The notes: generated by a model from the letters alone, not told the origin. A DNA stretch of 39,912 nucleotides from a virus (IMGVR_UViG_3300016476_000468:1-39912); one strand, 5' to 3'; shown: positions 1-9,787, numbered from the stretch's first letter. Numbers and translations: made by a program.

Positions 1-2
1 AC

Positions 3-1436
3 AAGTCCACTGGGGTCATGCCACACCTCAAGATGTATGACGCCTCGTCTCTTGCATATCGTCAAGGTCGCACTCGTCGTGGAAGCTACGCTGCTTACCT
101 TGATATCTCTCATCCTGATATTATGATCTTCTTGGAGATGCGCAAGCCAACTGGTGACCAGAACATGCGTGCGTTGAATCTCCACCATGGTATTAACATT
201 CCTGATTCCTTTATGGAAATCATCGAACGTTGTATGGTTGACCACGACGCAGATGATTCTTGGGAGTTGCGTGATCCACATAGCGGTGAAGTGCGTGAAG
301 TAGTTTCTGCTAAAGAACTTTGGCAAAAGATTCTTGAGATGCGTATGACCACTGGCGAGCCATACCTACACTTTATCGATGAATCCAACCGTAAGCTACC
401 ACAATGGTTGAAGGACAAAGGTCTTAAGGTTCACCAGTCTAACCTTTGCTCAGAAATTATTCTACCAACTAATGAGCAGCGTACTGCTGTTTGCTGCTTG
501 TCTTCTTTGAATCTGGAGTATTACGATGAGTGGAAAAATCAACCGATGTTTCTACGTGATGTTGCGGAAATGTTGGACAATGTTCTACAATATTTTATTG
601 ATAATGCTCCTGATGCTATTTCTCGTGCTAGGTTCTCGGCTTCTATGGAGCGTTCTATTGGTATAGGTGCTCTTGGTTGGCATGCACTGCTACAGCAAAA
701 GAATCTTCCATGGGAATCTTCTATGGCAGTTGGCTTAAATAAAACAGTATTCAAACATATCAGAGAAAAGTTAGATGAGGCTAATAAACAACTGGGACTG
801 GAGAGAGGTGAAGCGCCAGACGCTGTTGGTACTGGCAATAGGTTCAGCCATCTTATGGCAATTGCTCCCAATGCTAGTTCTTCCATTCTTATGGGCAATA
901 CCTCTCCTAGTATTGAACCTTATAGGGCTAACGCTTATCGCCAAGACACTCTATCGGGTTCTCACTTAAACAAGAATCGTTATTTGGACAAGGTCATTAT
1001 GGCTCACCTTTCACCAGATGGTTCGCCATTGACTCCGAAGGGTGAAGATGAATACCAAGAAATTTGGCGTAGCATTATTGCGAATGATGGTTCGGTTCAG
1101 CACCTCGATTGGATGGACGACTGGACAAAAGATGTTTTCAAAACGTCTATGGAAATTGACCAGCGTTGGGTCGTGCAACATGCCGCAGACAGGCAAGTAT
1201 ATGTAGACCAAGCACAATCGTTGAATGTGTTCTTCCGCCCAGATAGTCACATCAAGTATATTCATGCCGTGCACTTCCAAGCATGGAAGCAAGGTTTGAA
1301 AACAATGTATTATTGTCGTTCTGATAAGATCGCTAAGGCAGACAAAGTTGCCAAGAAGATCGAACGTGAGGTTATTAAAGAAATCAACCTGCACGATTTG
1401 GCGCAGGGTAACGAATGTCTAGCATGCGAGGGATAA
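3..1436 (+). CDS. nrdA: Ribonucleotide reductase class Ia alpha subunit (5'-truncated by window edge)
   Basis: QSNLCSEI catalytic motif, AIAPNASSS, DQAQSLN, GLKTMYY, C-terminal CLACEG. Confidence 0.97.
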   Translation, partial: KSTGVMPHLKMYDASSLAYRQGRTRRGSYAAYLDISHPDIMIFLEMRKPTGDQNMRALNLHHGINIPDSFMEIIERCMVDHDADDSWELRDPHSGEVREVVSAKELWQKILEMRMTTGEPYLHFIDESNRKLPQWLKDKGLKVHQSNLCSEIILPTNEQRTAVCCLSSLNLEYYDEWKNQPMFLRDVAEMLDNVLQYFIDNAPDAISRARFSASMERSIGIGALGWHALLQQKNLPWESSMAVGLNKTVFKHIREKLDEANKQLGLERGEAPDAVGTGNRFSHLMAIAPNASSSILMGNTSPSIEPYRANAYRQDTLSGSHLNKNRYLDKVIMAHLSPDGSPLTPKGEDEYQEIWRSIIANDGSVQHLDWMDDWTKDVFKTSMEIDQRWVVQHAADRQVYVDQAQSLNVFFRPDSHIKYIHAVHFQAWKQGLKTMYYCRSDKIAKADKVAKKIEREVIKEINLHDLAQGNECLACEG

Positions 1437-2426
1437 ATGGTTAAGAAAAATAGTAAACTAACAGATCAACGAACATACTTCAAGCCCTTTAATTACCCAT
1501 GGGCTTTTGAAGCATGGTTAAAACACGAACAGGCACACTGGCTTCATACCGAAGTGCCTATGATGGAAGACGTAAAGGATTGGAAAAAGAAGCTAACTGC
1601 TGAAGAAAAACAATTCCTTACTAACATCTTCCGCTTTTTCACTCAAGGCGATATCGACGTAGCTGGTGGTTATATTAAGAACTACCTACCTTACTTCCCA
1701 CAGCCTGAAGTGCGTATGATGTTGAGTGGATTTGCTGCTCGTGAAGCCTTGCACATCGCTGCTTACTCACATCTGATTGAAACACTAGGTATGCCAGAGT
1801 CTACTTACACTGAGTTCCTAGAGTATCAAGAGATGCGTGATAAGCATGACTATGTTCTTGAGTTGTCTTCACGTAATGGAACAGTCCAGTCTACTGCTGA
1901 ACACATTGCTGTGTTCTCTGCATTCACTGAAGGTATGCAGTTGTTCTCTTCATTTATTATGTTGTTGAACTTTCCTCGTCATGGCTTAATGAAGGGTATG
2001 GGTCAGATTGTTACTTGGTCTATCGTTGACGAGACAATGCATGCTGAGTCTATGATTCAGCTGTTCAAGACTTATGTCAAAGAGAATCCAGAGATCTGGA
2101 ACGACGAGCTAAAGAGCAAGATATATACAATTGCTGAAAAGATGGTTGAACTTGAAGACAAGTTTATCGATCTTTCTTTTGCTGGCGCTGATATGCGTGA
2201 TCTCAAGCAAGAAGAAGTCAAGCAATACATTCGTTATATCGCAGATCGCCGTTTGATTTCCATGGGTATGAAAGGCATCTTTAAAGTTAAAAAGAATCCA
2301 CTACCATGGGTTGAAGAAATGATCAATGCACCAGTGCATGGTAACTTCTTCGAAAACCGTGTGACAGACTACGCTAAAGGCGCACTGTCTGGTAGCTGGG
2401 ACGACGTATGGGGAAAGGCAGCGTAA
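1437..2426 (+). CDS. nrdB: Ribonucleotide reductase class Ia beta subunit
   Basis: REALHIAAY, EGMQLFSSF, DETMH di-iron ligands, NFFENRVTDY; abuts nrdA. Confidence 0.97.
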   Translation: MVKKNSKLTDQRTYFKPFNYPWAFEAWLKHEQAHWLHTEVPMMEDVKDWKKKLTAEEKQFLTNIFRFFTQGDIDVAGGYIKNYLPYFPQPEVRMMLSGFAAREALHIAAYSHLIETLGMPESTYTEFLEYQEMRDKHDYVLELSSRNGTVQSTAEHIAVFSAFTEGMQLFSSFIMLLNFPRHGLMKGMGQIVTWSIVDETMHAESMIQLFKTYVKENPEIWNDELKSKIYTIAEKMVELEDKFIDLSFAGADMRDLKQEEVKQYIRYIADRRLISMGMKGIFKVKKNPLPWVEEMINAPVHGNFFENRVTDYAKGALSGSWDDVWGKAA

Positions 2427-2575
2427 TGGCAACTAAATACTTTGAGTGTACAGAATGTGGAGCGAGAGGAAAGATCACTCTCAAAGGAGATGACCACAGC
2501 ACTGAAGATTTGGTATACTGTCCAGTCTGTTCTGCTGACATCTACGAAGAGGAGGATCTCGACGATGAGGAATGA
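2426..2575 (+). CDS. Small zinc-ribbon protein with acidic tail (49 aa; not in ORF track)
   Basis: MATKYFECTECGARGKITLKGDDHSTEDLVYCPVCSADIYEEEDLDDEE; two CxxC pairs; overlaps the nrdB stop and the next start. Confidence 0.75.
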   Translation: MATKYFECTECGARGKITLKGDDHSTEDLVYCPVCSADIYEEEDLDDEE

Positions 2576-3000
2576 CTTGGACTTATCAAAATCAGAGTGT
2601 AGAACAACTACCTGAAGACTGCGTTGGTTTTGTTTACTTAATTGTGAACAAAACCAATTGCCGTATGTATATCGGCAAAAAACTCGCCAAGTTCTCAAAG
2701 ACGACCTACAAGACGGTCACCTTAAAGAATGGCACTAAAAAGAAAAAGAAGATCAAAGGTAAAGTTGAGTCAGATTGGCTCGATTACTATGGTTCTTCTA
2801 TAGAACTAAATAAAGATGTAGCTTCTCTTGGCAAGGAAAACTTCAGCCGAGAGATTTTGTATTTCTGCAAGTCTAAGGCAGAGTGTTCATATATCGAAGC
2901 AAGGGAACAATTCGCAAGGAAAGTATTAGAATCAGACGATTACTACAATAATAATATTATGTGTAGGATCCACGGTTCTCATATCAAAAACAAGTTATGA
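2572..3000 (+). CDS. GIY-YIG family endonuclease (T4 endonuclease II/Seg-like)
   Basis: GFVYLI...MYIGKK, WLDYYGSS, YYNNNI. Confidence 0.8.
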   Translation: MTWTYQNQSVEQLPEDCVGFVYLIVNKTNCRMYIGKKLAKFSKTTYKTVTLKNGTKKKKKIKGKVESDWLDYYGSSIELNKDVASLGKENFSREILYFCKSKAECSYIEAREQFARKVLESDDYYNNNIMCRIHGSHIKNKL

Positions 3001-4118
3001 CTTACTTACTATTTGTAGTAGCTTTATGTTTATCGGCAGTTGCCGCATGGTACGCTATCGCAGGATTGATGGCGATCTTTGCTGCAGCTGCAATTCCTAT
3101 TGCTATTATGGGTGGTTTACTAGAAGCGTCTAAACTTGTTATTGCTTCTTGGTTATACCGTAACTGGAAAGAAATCCCCAAATTAATGAGAGGGTACTTT
3201 ACGTTCTCATTGGTAGTATTGATGATGTTAACATCGATGGGTATCTTTGGATTCTTAAGTAAAGCGCACTTGGACCAAGCGATCCCTAGTGGCGACGTAG
3301 CAGCAAAGTTAGCTTTGATTGACGAAAAGATTAAAACAGAAAAGGAGAACATCAATGCAAGCCGTAAAGAACTTTCTCAACTGGATGCTCAAGTTGATCA
3401 AACCATATCAAGAACCACCGAAGCCACTGGTGCAGAGCGAGCCATTGCCATCCGTAGAGGACAGCAAAAAGACCGAGCCAGAATCCTTAACGACATCGGA
3501 ACAGCCCAAGCAAGAGTCGCCAAACTCAACGAAGAAAGAGCGCCAATCGCCAGCGAAGTCCGTAAAGTCGAAGCAGAAGTCGGTCCAATCAAATACATCG
3601 CAGCGCTCATCTACGAAGAAAGCGCCAGCGAAGAAGTCCTCGAAAAAGCAGTCCGAATCGTCACAATGATGATTGTTATTGTTTTCGATCCGTTAGCTGT
3701 GCTTATGCTTATCGCAGCTAACTGGTCGCTAAAACATAACAACAAACCAGACTGGACTAACTTCTTCACAAAGAAACGTGATGAGGAATTAGACTTTCCA
3801 GAACCTAAAGAAATAAAAGTTGAAGACGATATTAATATTGTCGATAAACCTGATGCTTGGGTTGCTGATGTTGGTGAAAAACCAACAGAAGAAGAAAAAC
3901 TCGAGATTGAAGAAGAACCAACTCCAACCGAGTGGTCTCCAGAACTATACCAACGCAATAGACCAGAAGCAGAGTCTGAAAGAGCAAAATCTTTCTTGAG
4001 TAAAGTTAATGAGTCTATTGGTGTTAAAAGTATCGAACAAGAAGTTGAAGAAATTCAAGTTACCGATAAAGGTAAAGTTATTGAGTACGACTCAGCTGGA
4101 AGAAGAATAACTCCATAA
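2997..4118 (+). CDS. Membrane protein with coiled-coil and acidic low-complexity tail
   Basis: Three N-terminal hydrophobic segments, central coiled coil, VFDPLAV hydrophobic segment. Confidence 0.75.
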   Translation: MTYLLFVVALCLSAVAAWYAIAGLMAIFAAAAIPIAIMGGLLEASKLVIASWLYRNWKEIPKLMRGYFTFSLVVLMMLTSMGIFGFLSKAHLDQAIPSGDVAAKLALIDEKIKTEKENINASRKELSQLDAQVDQTISRTTEATGAERAIAIRRGQQKDRARILNDIGTAQARVAKLNEERAPIASEVRKVEAEVGPIKYIAALIYEESASEEVLEKAVRIVTMMIVIVFDPLAVLMLIAANWSLKHNNKPDWTNFFTKKRDEELDFPEPKEIKVEDDINIVDKPDAWVADVGEKPTEEEKLEIEEEPTPTEWSPELYQRNRPEAESERAKSFLSKVNESIGVKSIEQEVEEIQVTDKGKVIEYDSAGRRITP

Positions 4119-4194
4119 TGCAAAAATACATCTCCTAAATAAGAATAGATTGAGATGTATCATTATAATGTAGTATAAACGTTAAAGGTAAGAT

Positions 4195-4674
4195 ATGAAC
4201 AAGAAGATCGCTATTACAGCGGTGCTTTTTGTTATGGCTACATCCAACGTATGGGCAACAGACCCGATCGTTACTGACTCGACTAGTAGATCTACAACAG
4301 AATCTACTTCCACAAGCACCACTACAGTAAAATCCCCTCCACCAACGGCAGTTGCACCAGCCATCACAGTTATCAATAGTGATGTTTGTGCAGTAGGCGC
4401 ATCTGCTGCTGTTCAAACACAGATTCTTGGTATCTCGATGGGTGGCACCCAAGTAGATAAAAACTGCGAACGACTAAAGTTGGCTCGTGGTATCTATGAT
4501 ATGGGTATGAAAGTTGCTGCAGTTTCTATTATGTGCCAAGATGAACGTGTATTCACCGCAATGATGAATGCAGGCACTCCATGTCCGATCGAAGGTAAGA
4601 TCGGCGAGCAAGCTAAAGCAATCTGGGAAGCTAATCCAGACAAAATCCCACAAAAAGTTAAAAGCAAGGACTAA
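4195..4674 (+). CDS. Hypothetical secreted protein (signal peptide, Ser/Thr linker, 4-Cys domain)
   Basis: MNKK + hydrophobic core + VWA-T cleavage-like site; first gene of a tight cluster. Confidence 0.75.
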   Translation: MNKKIAITAVLFVMATSNVWATDPIVTDSTSRSTTESTSTSTTTVKSPPPTAVAPAITVINSDVCAVGASAAVQTQILGISMGGTQVDKNCERLKLARGIYDMGMKVAAVSIMCQDERVFTAMMNAGTPCPIEGKIGEQAKAIWEANPDKIPQKVKSKD

Positions 4675-4676
4675 CC

Positions 4677-6428
4677 GTGTCTAAACTGGTTAGTCTTGTA
4701 CTTGGTCTTGTGCTGAGTTGCTCAGTAGCACAGGCTCAAATAAATGTCGTACCAGTTAATGGCGGGACAGGAAACCTTGTATCCATTCCAATTCCAGGGG
4801 GTTCAGGTTTATCTGTGACTGTCGGAACTGGTTCGGCTGCACTTCCGTTACAAGACATTAGATCTAACCCATCAGCGGTGAACATCACATCAGGCGATGA
4901 CGACCTACGTAATGTCCCACTTGGGTTTGACTTTCCATTCTACGGGAAGGTATTTAATAACTCTTGGGCTATGACTAATGGTTTAGTCACATTTCAAGAT
5001 CCTTGGGTATCAGGTTTAGGTGGCGCATGCTGCGAGGGTGTTAACCTATCGACCACAACTGACCCAAGATACAATTACACCATTTACGGATTGCATACTG
5101 ATCTGTATTCTTGGAATGGGCAAAACCAGTATTACTTACGTGAAGCTAATAGCATGACCTATGGTTGGTATAATTTAAGTCAATGCTGTAGTGCTCAGGG
5201 TGGTAATAGTTTCGAGATAAAAATAAACTCATCTGGTTTAGTCGATACACGTATTGCTGGAGCAATGATAAACTGGAACAGAGTAACCTCTGGAATGGCA
5301 GGTGACTTGTCTAAAGGTGAGTATTATCAGTATTATCATGGACAAGGTTTAAATATATCTGCTGGTAGCTCAAGTATCTTTAGCTGGCAAGCATTGGGTG
5401 GAACAGGTGGCGATTTATGTACTTCTAACCCATTGTCTTCTCCAACGTGCCCAGGATACCAAGCTGCTTACACTGCACAACAATGTACTATCAGTGCGTT
5501 GTATGATCCATCCTGCCCAGGATACGCTGCAGCATTCTTCACACAACAATGTACTATCTCTTCGTTGTATGATCCATCCTGCCCAGGATACGCTGCAGCT
5601 TACCACGATCAACAATGCTCGTTGAACCCTCTGTACTCTACAACTTGCTCAGGTTACAGAGAAGCCTATTTCTCTCAACAGTGTTCGTTGAATGGTCTGT
5701 ATGACAGAACATGCCCGAACTATGCTGAAGCATATGCAAAGAAAATGGTCTTGGAACAACAAGGAACAGCTTCTATAGTAGCAACAGCTGGAGTTGTGGC
5801 TCGAACAGCGCCTGAACCTTCTGTTAGCTCAGAGGGAACTGTTTCCGCTGCTCCGTCTTCGACAGGCAACACAACAGTAGATAAAGTTATCTCTACTCCT
5901 GCGCCAGCTGCCAATACTGCTGCCGCGCCAGCTGCTCCAGTACAATTGGTAGCACCCCCACCTGCTCCACAACAGCAACAGGCTCAGCAAGAAAAGAAAC
6001 CAGAGGGTGGTGAGAAGCAAGGTGGTGACAAACCAGCTGGTGGTCCAACACAAATGGCGCAAGGCGGTCAGAGTAGCGATAAGCCAGCACAACCAACTGC
6101 TCGTCAGGCTCTTGCTGAACGTAGAGCAGAAGCAGCAAGAAAAGATGCTGTTGAAAAAGGAAAGAACCTAGCCAACGATATGGGTAAGGTGGCGGATATA
6201 GAGTCACAGAAACAGATTCAGAACGTTGTAATCCAAGCAATGGGTTTCACTCCTGGATTTGACAACTACAACAAAGTTGTGGTTCCAGATGCAGTCGGAT
6301 ACAAACCATTCACCGTCTACAATAATCAAAGAACAGTAGACAATGCAAGATTAGGTCGTGGATTATTTGGTCCAACCGACAGATTACATAATGAAATGGT
6401 AGATTCACAATACACAAGAGGAAAATAA
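4677..6428 (+). CDS. Hypothetical secreted/virion-associated protein with Cys-rich 22-aa repeats
   Basis: Signal peptide; VPLGFDFPFYG beta-domain (NIDO-like start); 5 CxxxxLYxxxCPGY repeats; Pro/Ala/Gln linker. Confidence 0.75.
   Translation: MSKLVSLVLGLVLSCSVAQAQINVVPVNGGTGNLVSIPIPGGSGLSVTVGTGSAALPLQDIRSNPSAVNITSGDDDLRNVPLGFDFPFYGKVFNNSWAMTNGLVTFQDPWVSGLGGACCEGVNLSTTTDPRYNYTIYGLHTDLYSWNGQNQYYLREANSMTYGWYNLSQCCSAQGGNSFEIKINSSGLVDTRIAGAMINWNRVTSGMAGDLSKGEYYQYYHGQGLNISAGSSSIFSWQALGGTGGDLCTSNPLSSPTCPGYQAAYTAQQCTISALYDPSCPGYAAAFFTQQCTISSLYDPSCPGYAAAYHDQQCSLNPLYSTTCSGYREAYFSQQCSLNGLYDRTCPNYAEAYAKKMVLEQQGTASIVATAGVVARTAPEPSVSSEGTVSAAPSSTGNTTVDKVISTPAPAANTAAAPAAPVQLVAPPPAPQQQQAQQEKKPEGGEKQGGDKPAGGPTQMAQGGQSSDKPAQPTARQALAERRAEAARKDAVEKGKNLANDMGKVADIESQKQIQNVVIQAMGFTPGFDNYNKVVVPDAVGYKPFTVYNNQRTVDNARLGRGLFGPTDRLHNEMVDSQYTRGK
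5418..5735 (+). repeat. Intragenic tandem repeat, five 66-nt (22-aa) units
   Basis: CTSNPLSSPTCPGY / CTISALYDPSCPGY / CTISSLYDPSCPGY / CSLNPLYSTTCSGY / CSLNGLYDRTCPNY; units 2 and 3 nearly identical in DNA. Confidence 0.9.
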
Positions 6429-6429
6429 A

Positions 6430-7014
6430 ATGGGAGAAGAAATCAAAGATGTCAATGCCAAGATTGACGATTTAGAAGCAGCAGCAAAGAAGTATGCAAG
6501 CAAAGATACTGTTATTAGCATCGGTGGATATGAGTTTACCCCTGCTAAGTTGATGGTAGCTTTTACTCTTGTGTCTTCTATTCTTGGTGGTTTATATGGT
6601 GCGTTTGAAGTCTACAAAGACTATCAGAGCATGAAAGAAAAGATCGCAAAGTATGTTTCGCCAGACTTGACTGAAATCTATAAGAAGCTAGAAGTGACTC
6701 AACAGAATGCTGAGAAGTCTGTTCAGTACACCCAAGATATCAAGAACGACCTGAAGCAAGACATCCGTCGTGTCGAGACTGTAGTTGAGGGTGTTGAGCG
6801 CAGCACTAAACAAGCGCAACGCGAGAATGACCAGTCTATTCAAGCAGTTCGTGGCGAAATGACTGCTGTTCGCTCAGAAGTTAGAGCAGCAACAAAAGAA
6901 GTTGACAATAGCATCAGACAACTTTCTCGTGAGACTGACAACCACCTGAAGCAAATTGAAAGATCAGTTGATACCAAGATCCAAAAGGCTCTTGACAATC
7001 CATTGGCTAAATAA
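6430..7014 (+). CDS. Single-TM coiled-coil protein
   Basis: One hydrophobic helix followed by heptad-rich region; GAGG RBS. Confidence 0.75.
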   Translation: MGEEIKDVNAKIDDLEAAAKKYASKDTVISIGGYEFTPAKLMVAFTLVSSILGGLYGAFEVYKDYQSMKEKIAKYVSPDLTEIYKKLEVTQQNAEKSVQYTQDIKNDLKQDIRRVETVVEGVERSTKQAQRENDQSIQAVRGEMTAVRSEVRAATKEVDNSIRQLSRETDNHLKQIERSVDTKIQKALDNPLAK

Positions 7015-7039
7015 TTGGTCAGATGTATAAGGAGTAACG

Positions 7040-7570
7040 ATGGCAGAAGAGGTAAAGAAAGCGCCTACACGTAGCGAACGTGAGGCAGCTATTAAAGATA
7101 AGGCTGGTTTAGTGATTGTTGTTATGGCTTTGTTATTAGCCATCAATACATACTTTTCCAATAGTTTCAGTGGTGCAGCTTTGACCAACCTAATCAAAGC
7201 ATCAGACACATATGCATTCTTCCAAGCAAAGTCTATCAAGCAATCTATTGCTGAGGGGCAACTAGAAGAAGCTAAAGATCCAAAGCGTAAGGCAGAGTTG
7301 CAAGCTAAGATTGATCGTTATGAGTCTGATCCTGTGAAGAAAGAAGGTAAGAAAGAACTTCTTGCAAAGGCACGTGCTTATGAGGAAGCAAGAGACGAAG
7401 CTAAGAAGCATAGCCCATGGTTAACTTTCTCTGGTATGTTGTTCCAACTTGCAATTGTTCTGCTGTCTGCTTCTATTATTGCAGTTGATATGCGTATGTA
7501 CTACGCCTCTTGGGGTGTTGGAGCACTAGGAATCTTGTTGCTAACGCAGGGAATCTGGTTATGGTTCTAA
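7040..7570 (+). CDS. Membrane protein, DUF4337-like
   Basis: ASDTYAFFQAKSIKQ motif, three TM segments; AAGGAG RBS. Confidence 0.7.
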   Translation: MAEEVKKAPTRSEREAAIKDKAGLVIVVMALLLAINTYFSNSFSGAALTNLIKASDTYAFFQAKSIKQSIAEGQLEEAKDPKRKAELQAKIDRYESDPVKKEGKKELLAKARAYEEARDEAKKHSPWLTFSGMLFQLAIVLLSASIIAVDMRMYYASWGVGALGILLLTQGIWLWF

Positions 7571-7590
7571 AGTAACACTTTAGGATTTAT

Positions 7591-7615
7591 AAAACCCCAC
7601 CTTGTGTGGGGTTTT
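7591..7615. terminator. Hairpin AAAACCCCAC-N5-GTGGGGTTTT (terminator and/or operator palindrome)
   Basis: 10-bp inverted repeat between the late-type cluster and the next promoter. Confidence 0.6.
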
Positions 7616-7627
7616 GTCATTTAGGGC

Positions 7628-7656
7628 TTGTCTTGCATTTGACTTCGGGGTATACT
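7628..7656 (+). promoter_or_regulatory. Sigma70-type promoter TTGTCT-17-TATACT
   Basis: Consensus spacing upstream of the 7686 ORF. Confidence 0.6.
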
Positions 7657-7685
7657 AACGGAGTAGTGGATGATGAAAGGTTACT

Positions 7686-7955
7686 ATGAATAACGTTGAA
7701 AACGAGATTATGCTCATCTGTCAAGAAGAGTGTGCTGAAGTTACCCAAGCTATCAGTAAGGTTTTTCGATTCGGTATGGATGCTACCCATAACGGTGCAA
7801 CTAATCGAGATCGACTCACTGAAGAAGTTGGCGACTTGCTGTGTATGATCGAGTTGATGATTGAACGTAAGATTCTTGATGCTGAATCAGTCGGCAAAGC
7901 TGGATTGAAAAAGCGTGAGAAGCTGTTGAAGTGGTCGTCTATTGGAGCTAAATAA
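7686..7955 (+). CDS. MazG-like NTP pyrophosphohydrolase
   Basis: QEECAEVTQAISK...EEVGDLL motif. Confidence 0.8.
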   Translation: MNNVENEIMLICQEECAEVTQAISKVFRFGMDATHNGATNRDRLTEEVGDLLCMIELMIERKILDAESVGKAGLKKREKLLKWSSIGAK

Positions 7956-8176
7956 TGATCCAGATTGAAAACCTAACCCAAGATCAAGTTGATATGCTTG
8001 ACATTATGTGGTCTCTTGACACTGAAGAAGAATACTTTGAATGGTATAACCTTCTCGATGAAGCAGACCAGAAAATGGCAGACAGTCTTGTCTCTATGGT
8101 CATTCTAGAAGAAATTGATCAAGTTCTGGGTAATTGTGATGCAGCCAAGGAACTATTAAAGAAATTTGCTTTGTAA
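7955..8176 (+). CDS. Hypothetical protein
   Basis: 73-aa acidic ORF coupled by TAATG. Confidence 0.65.
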   Translation: MIQIENLTQDQVDMLDIMWSLDTEEEYFEWYNLLDEADQKMADSLVSMVILEEIDQVLGNCDAAKELLKKFAL

Positions 8177-8200
8177 GAGGATATCGTGTATAATAAACCT

Positions 8201-8344
8201 ATGAAACCTAAAAATCTTGTTGCCAAAGATTTAAGGACTCCCAAGTACCGCATGCGTGTGGTAGAGTCTAAGGTTCAGTACACACGTAAACTTAAACACA
8301 AAGGAAATGCGAATGGACTATCCGCACAAGCTGACTGTCAGTGA
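8201..8344 (+). CDS. ArfA-like small basic protein (47 aa; not in ORF track)
   Basis: MKPKNLVAKDLRTPKYRMRVVESKVQYTRKLKHKG resembles the ArfA core pattern N-x4-L-x2-P-x-F/Y-R-x-RV...Y-x-RK-x-KH; preceded by TTGCTT-17-TATAAT with ATG 7 nt after the -10 (leaderless). Confidence 0.6.
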   Translation: MKPKNLVAKDLRTPKYRMRVVESKVQYTRKLKHKGNANGLSAQADCQ

Positions 8345-8510
8345 GATTCCTGTTCCTGCAGGAATGATCCGAACACTGATTGAGTCAGACATCGGTACTT
8401 ACAAAACTACTAAAGAGTTTTATGCCACCCCTGAAGAATTTCTTGCTTTCTGGGAGCCATTAGTTAAACATTATGAGCAGGTGAAAAATGCAAACAGTAT
8501 TCAAAACTGA
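8313..8510 (+). CDS. Hypothetical protein
   Basis: ORF track; AAGGA RBS before MDYPHK. Confidence 0.6.
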   Translation: MDYPHKLTVSEIPVPAGMIRTLIESDIGTYKTTKEFYATPEEFLAFWEPLVKHYEQVKNANSIQN

Positions 8511-8784
8511 TAAAGAATTCGAAGACTTTAAAACTTGGACATTAGGACTTCTTCATGACCGAAACGCAAAAGATCTGCGCATTACTTTTACCAAACGGGA
8601 TGGCACTGAACGGGAAATGCGCTGCACCCTCGTCCCAGAAGCCATCCCTCAAGAAAAACAACCAAAAACCCAAAGTGAAGGTAGCCAGACTGCTGGATCC
8701 GCAGTACGGGTATTTGACATCGAAAAACAAGAGTGGAGATCTTTCCGCTGGGATTCTGTAACTAAAGTGAGGTTTGACCTATGA
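8488..8784 (+). CDS. WYL-2/Sm-like SH3 fold phage protein
   Basis: ITFTKRDGTEREMRCT and VFDIEKQEWRSFRWDSV motifs typical of T4-like phages. Confidence 0.7.
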   Translation: MQTVFKTDKEFEDFKTWTLGLLHDRNAKDLRITFTKRDGTEREMRCTLVPEAIPQEKQPKTQSEGSQTAGSAVRVFDIEKQEWRSFRWDSVTKVRFDL

Positions 8785-8966
8785 CTAAAATTCTGTTGAT
8801 TATTGCCTTTGCAGTTCTTATTTTTATTCTTATGCCCTATGCAGCAATCTGGGCAGTGAATACTCTTTTCTCTCTGACTATCCCCTTTACATTTGACACT
8901 TGGTGTGCTGCTGTAATTCTTAGCGGTGTAGTTAGTGGCAACAACTTTATCTCTTTTAAGAAATAA
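8781..8966 (+). CDS. Small membrane protein
   Basis: Two hydrophobic segments; ATGA coupling. Confidence 0.65.
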   Translation: MTKILLIIAFAVLIFILMPYAAIWAVNTLFSLTIPFTFDTWCAAVILSGVVSGNNFISFKK

Positions 8967-9787
8967 TGTTAAACTATCCTGCCTACCATAATGGCAGTTT
9001 CTGTAAAATCCAAGATCTACAGGTGTCAATCCTAGATCTTGGATTTATTCATTCAGATGCCACTTATGATGTAATCTCTGTTAGGGGTGGTGAGTTTGTT
9101 GATCTAAACTCACACCTAAATCGTTTTGCCAAAAGCTGTTACGGTTGGAGAATCCAACTAAAGTACTCCAACAGTGACATCGAATCAGTCCTTCGCGAGT
9201 TGCTTGAACAAAGTGGTATGAAGGATTGTTTGGTTTGGATTTGTGCCACTCGTGGCATTCCCAAGTCTGGTAATCCTCGTGATCTTCTTTCTTGCGAACC
9301 AAACTTTTACGCATACATCAAGCCATACTTTGGTTTCAATGCAGCTAACACCGCTACAGTCTGTCTAGCAAGGCAGCGTAGAAATGATGTTATTGATCAG
9401 CGTATGAAGAACTTTGCGTGGAATGACTTGACCATTGCGCAGTGGGAAGCGATTGATCGTGGGTATGATACTGCCTTACTCGTAGATCGTCATTATAATA
9501 TCACCGAAGGTCCAGGATTCAACGTTGGGTTTATTAGTAAAGATGATTTCATTTATGCTCCAAGATCTAACTGCTTGCGCGGCACAACTATGGAGCGTGT
9601 TAGAAAGTTGTGTGACTCTGCAGGTAAACAATTCTTTTATACCGATATTTCAGAACATACCGTAAGAGTTGATATTGCTGCTATGTTCTTGACTTCAACT
9701 GCTGGTGATGTTATTCGAGTTACTAAATTCGAAGATATGGTATTTGAAGAAAATGAGACGTTATCGTGGTTATTGAACAACATTTAA
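8966..9787 (+). CDS. PLP fold-type IV aminotransferase
   Basis: DLGFIHSDATYD, HLNRF, KNFAWNDL, ITEGPGFN, LRGTT, FLTSTAG. Confidence 0.88.
   Translation: MLNYPAYHNGSFCKIQDLQVSILDLGFIHSDATYDVISVRGGEFVDLNSHLNRFAKSCYGWRIQLKYSNSDIESVLRELLEQSGMKDCLVWICATRGIPKSGNPRDLLSCEPNFYAYIKPYFGFNAANTATVCLARQRRNDVIDQRMKNFAWNDLTIAQWEAIDRGYDTALLVDRHYNITEGPGFNVGFISKDDFIYAPRSNCLRGTTMERVRKLCDSAGKQFFYTDISEHTVRVDIAAMFLTSTAGDVIRVTKFEDMVFEENETLSWLLNNI

Noticed and set aside
3-3000. Intron or intein in nrdA/nrdB associated with the GIY-YIG gene
   Set aside because: Both RNR frames are uninterrupted in the visible part; the nuclease is free-standing.
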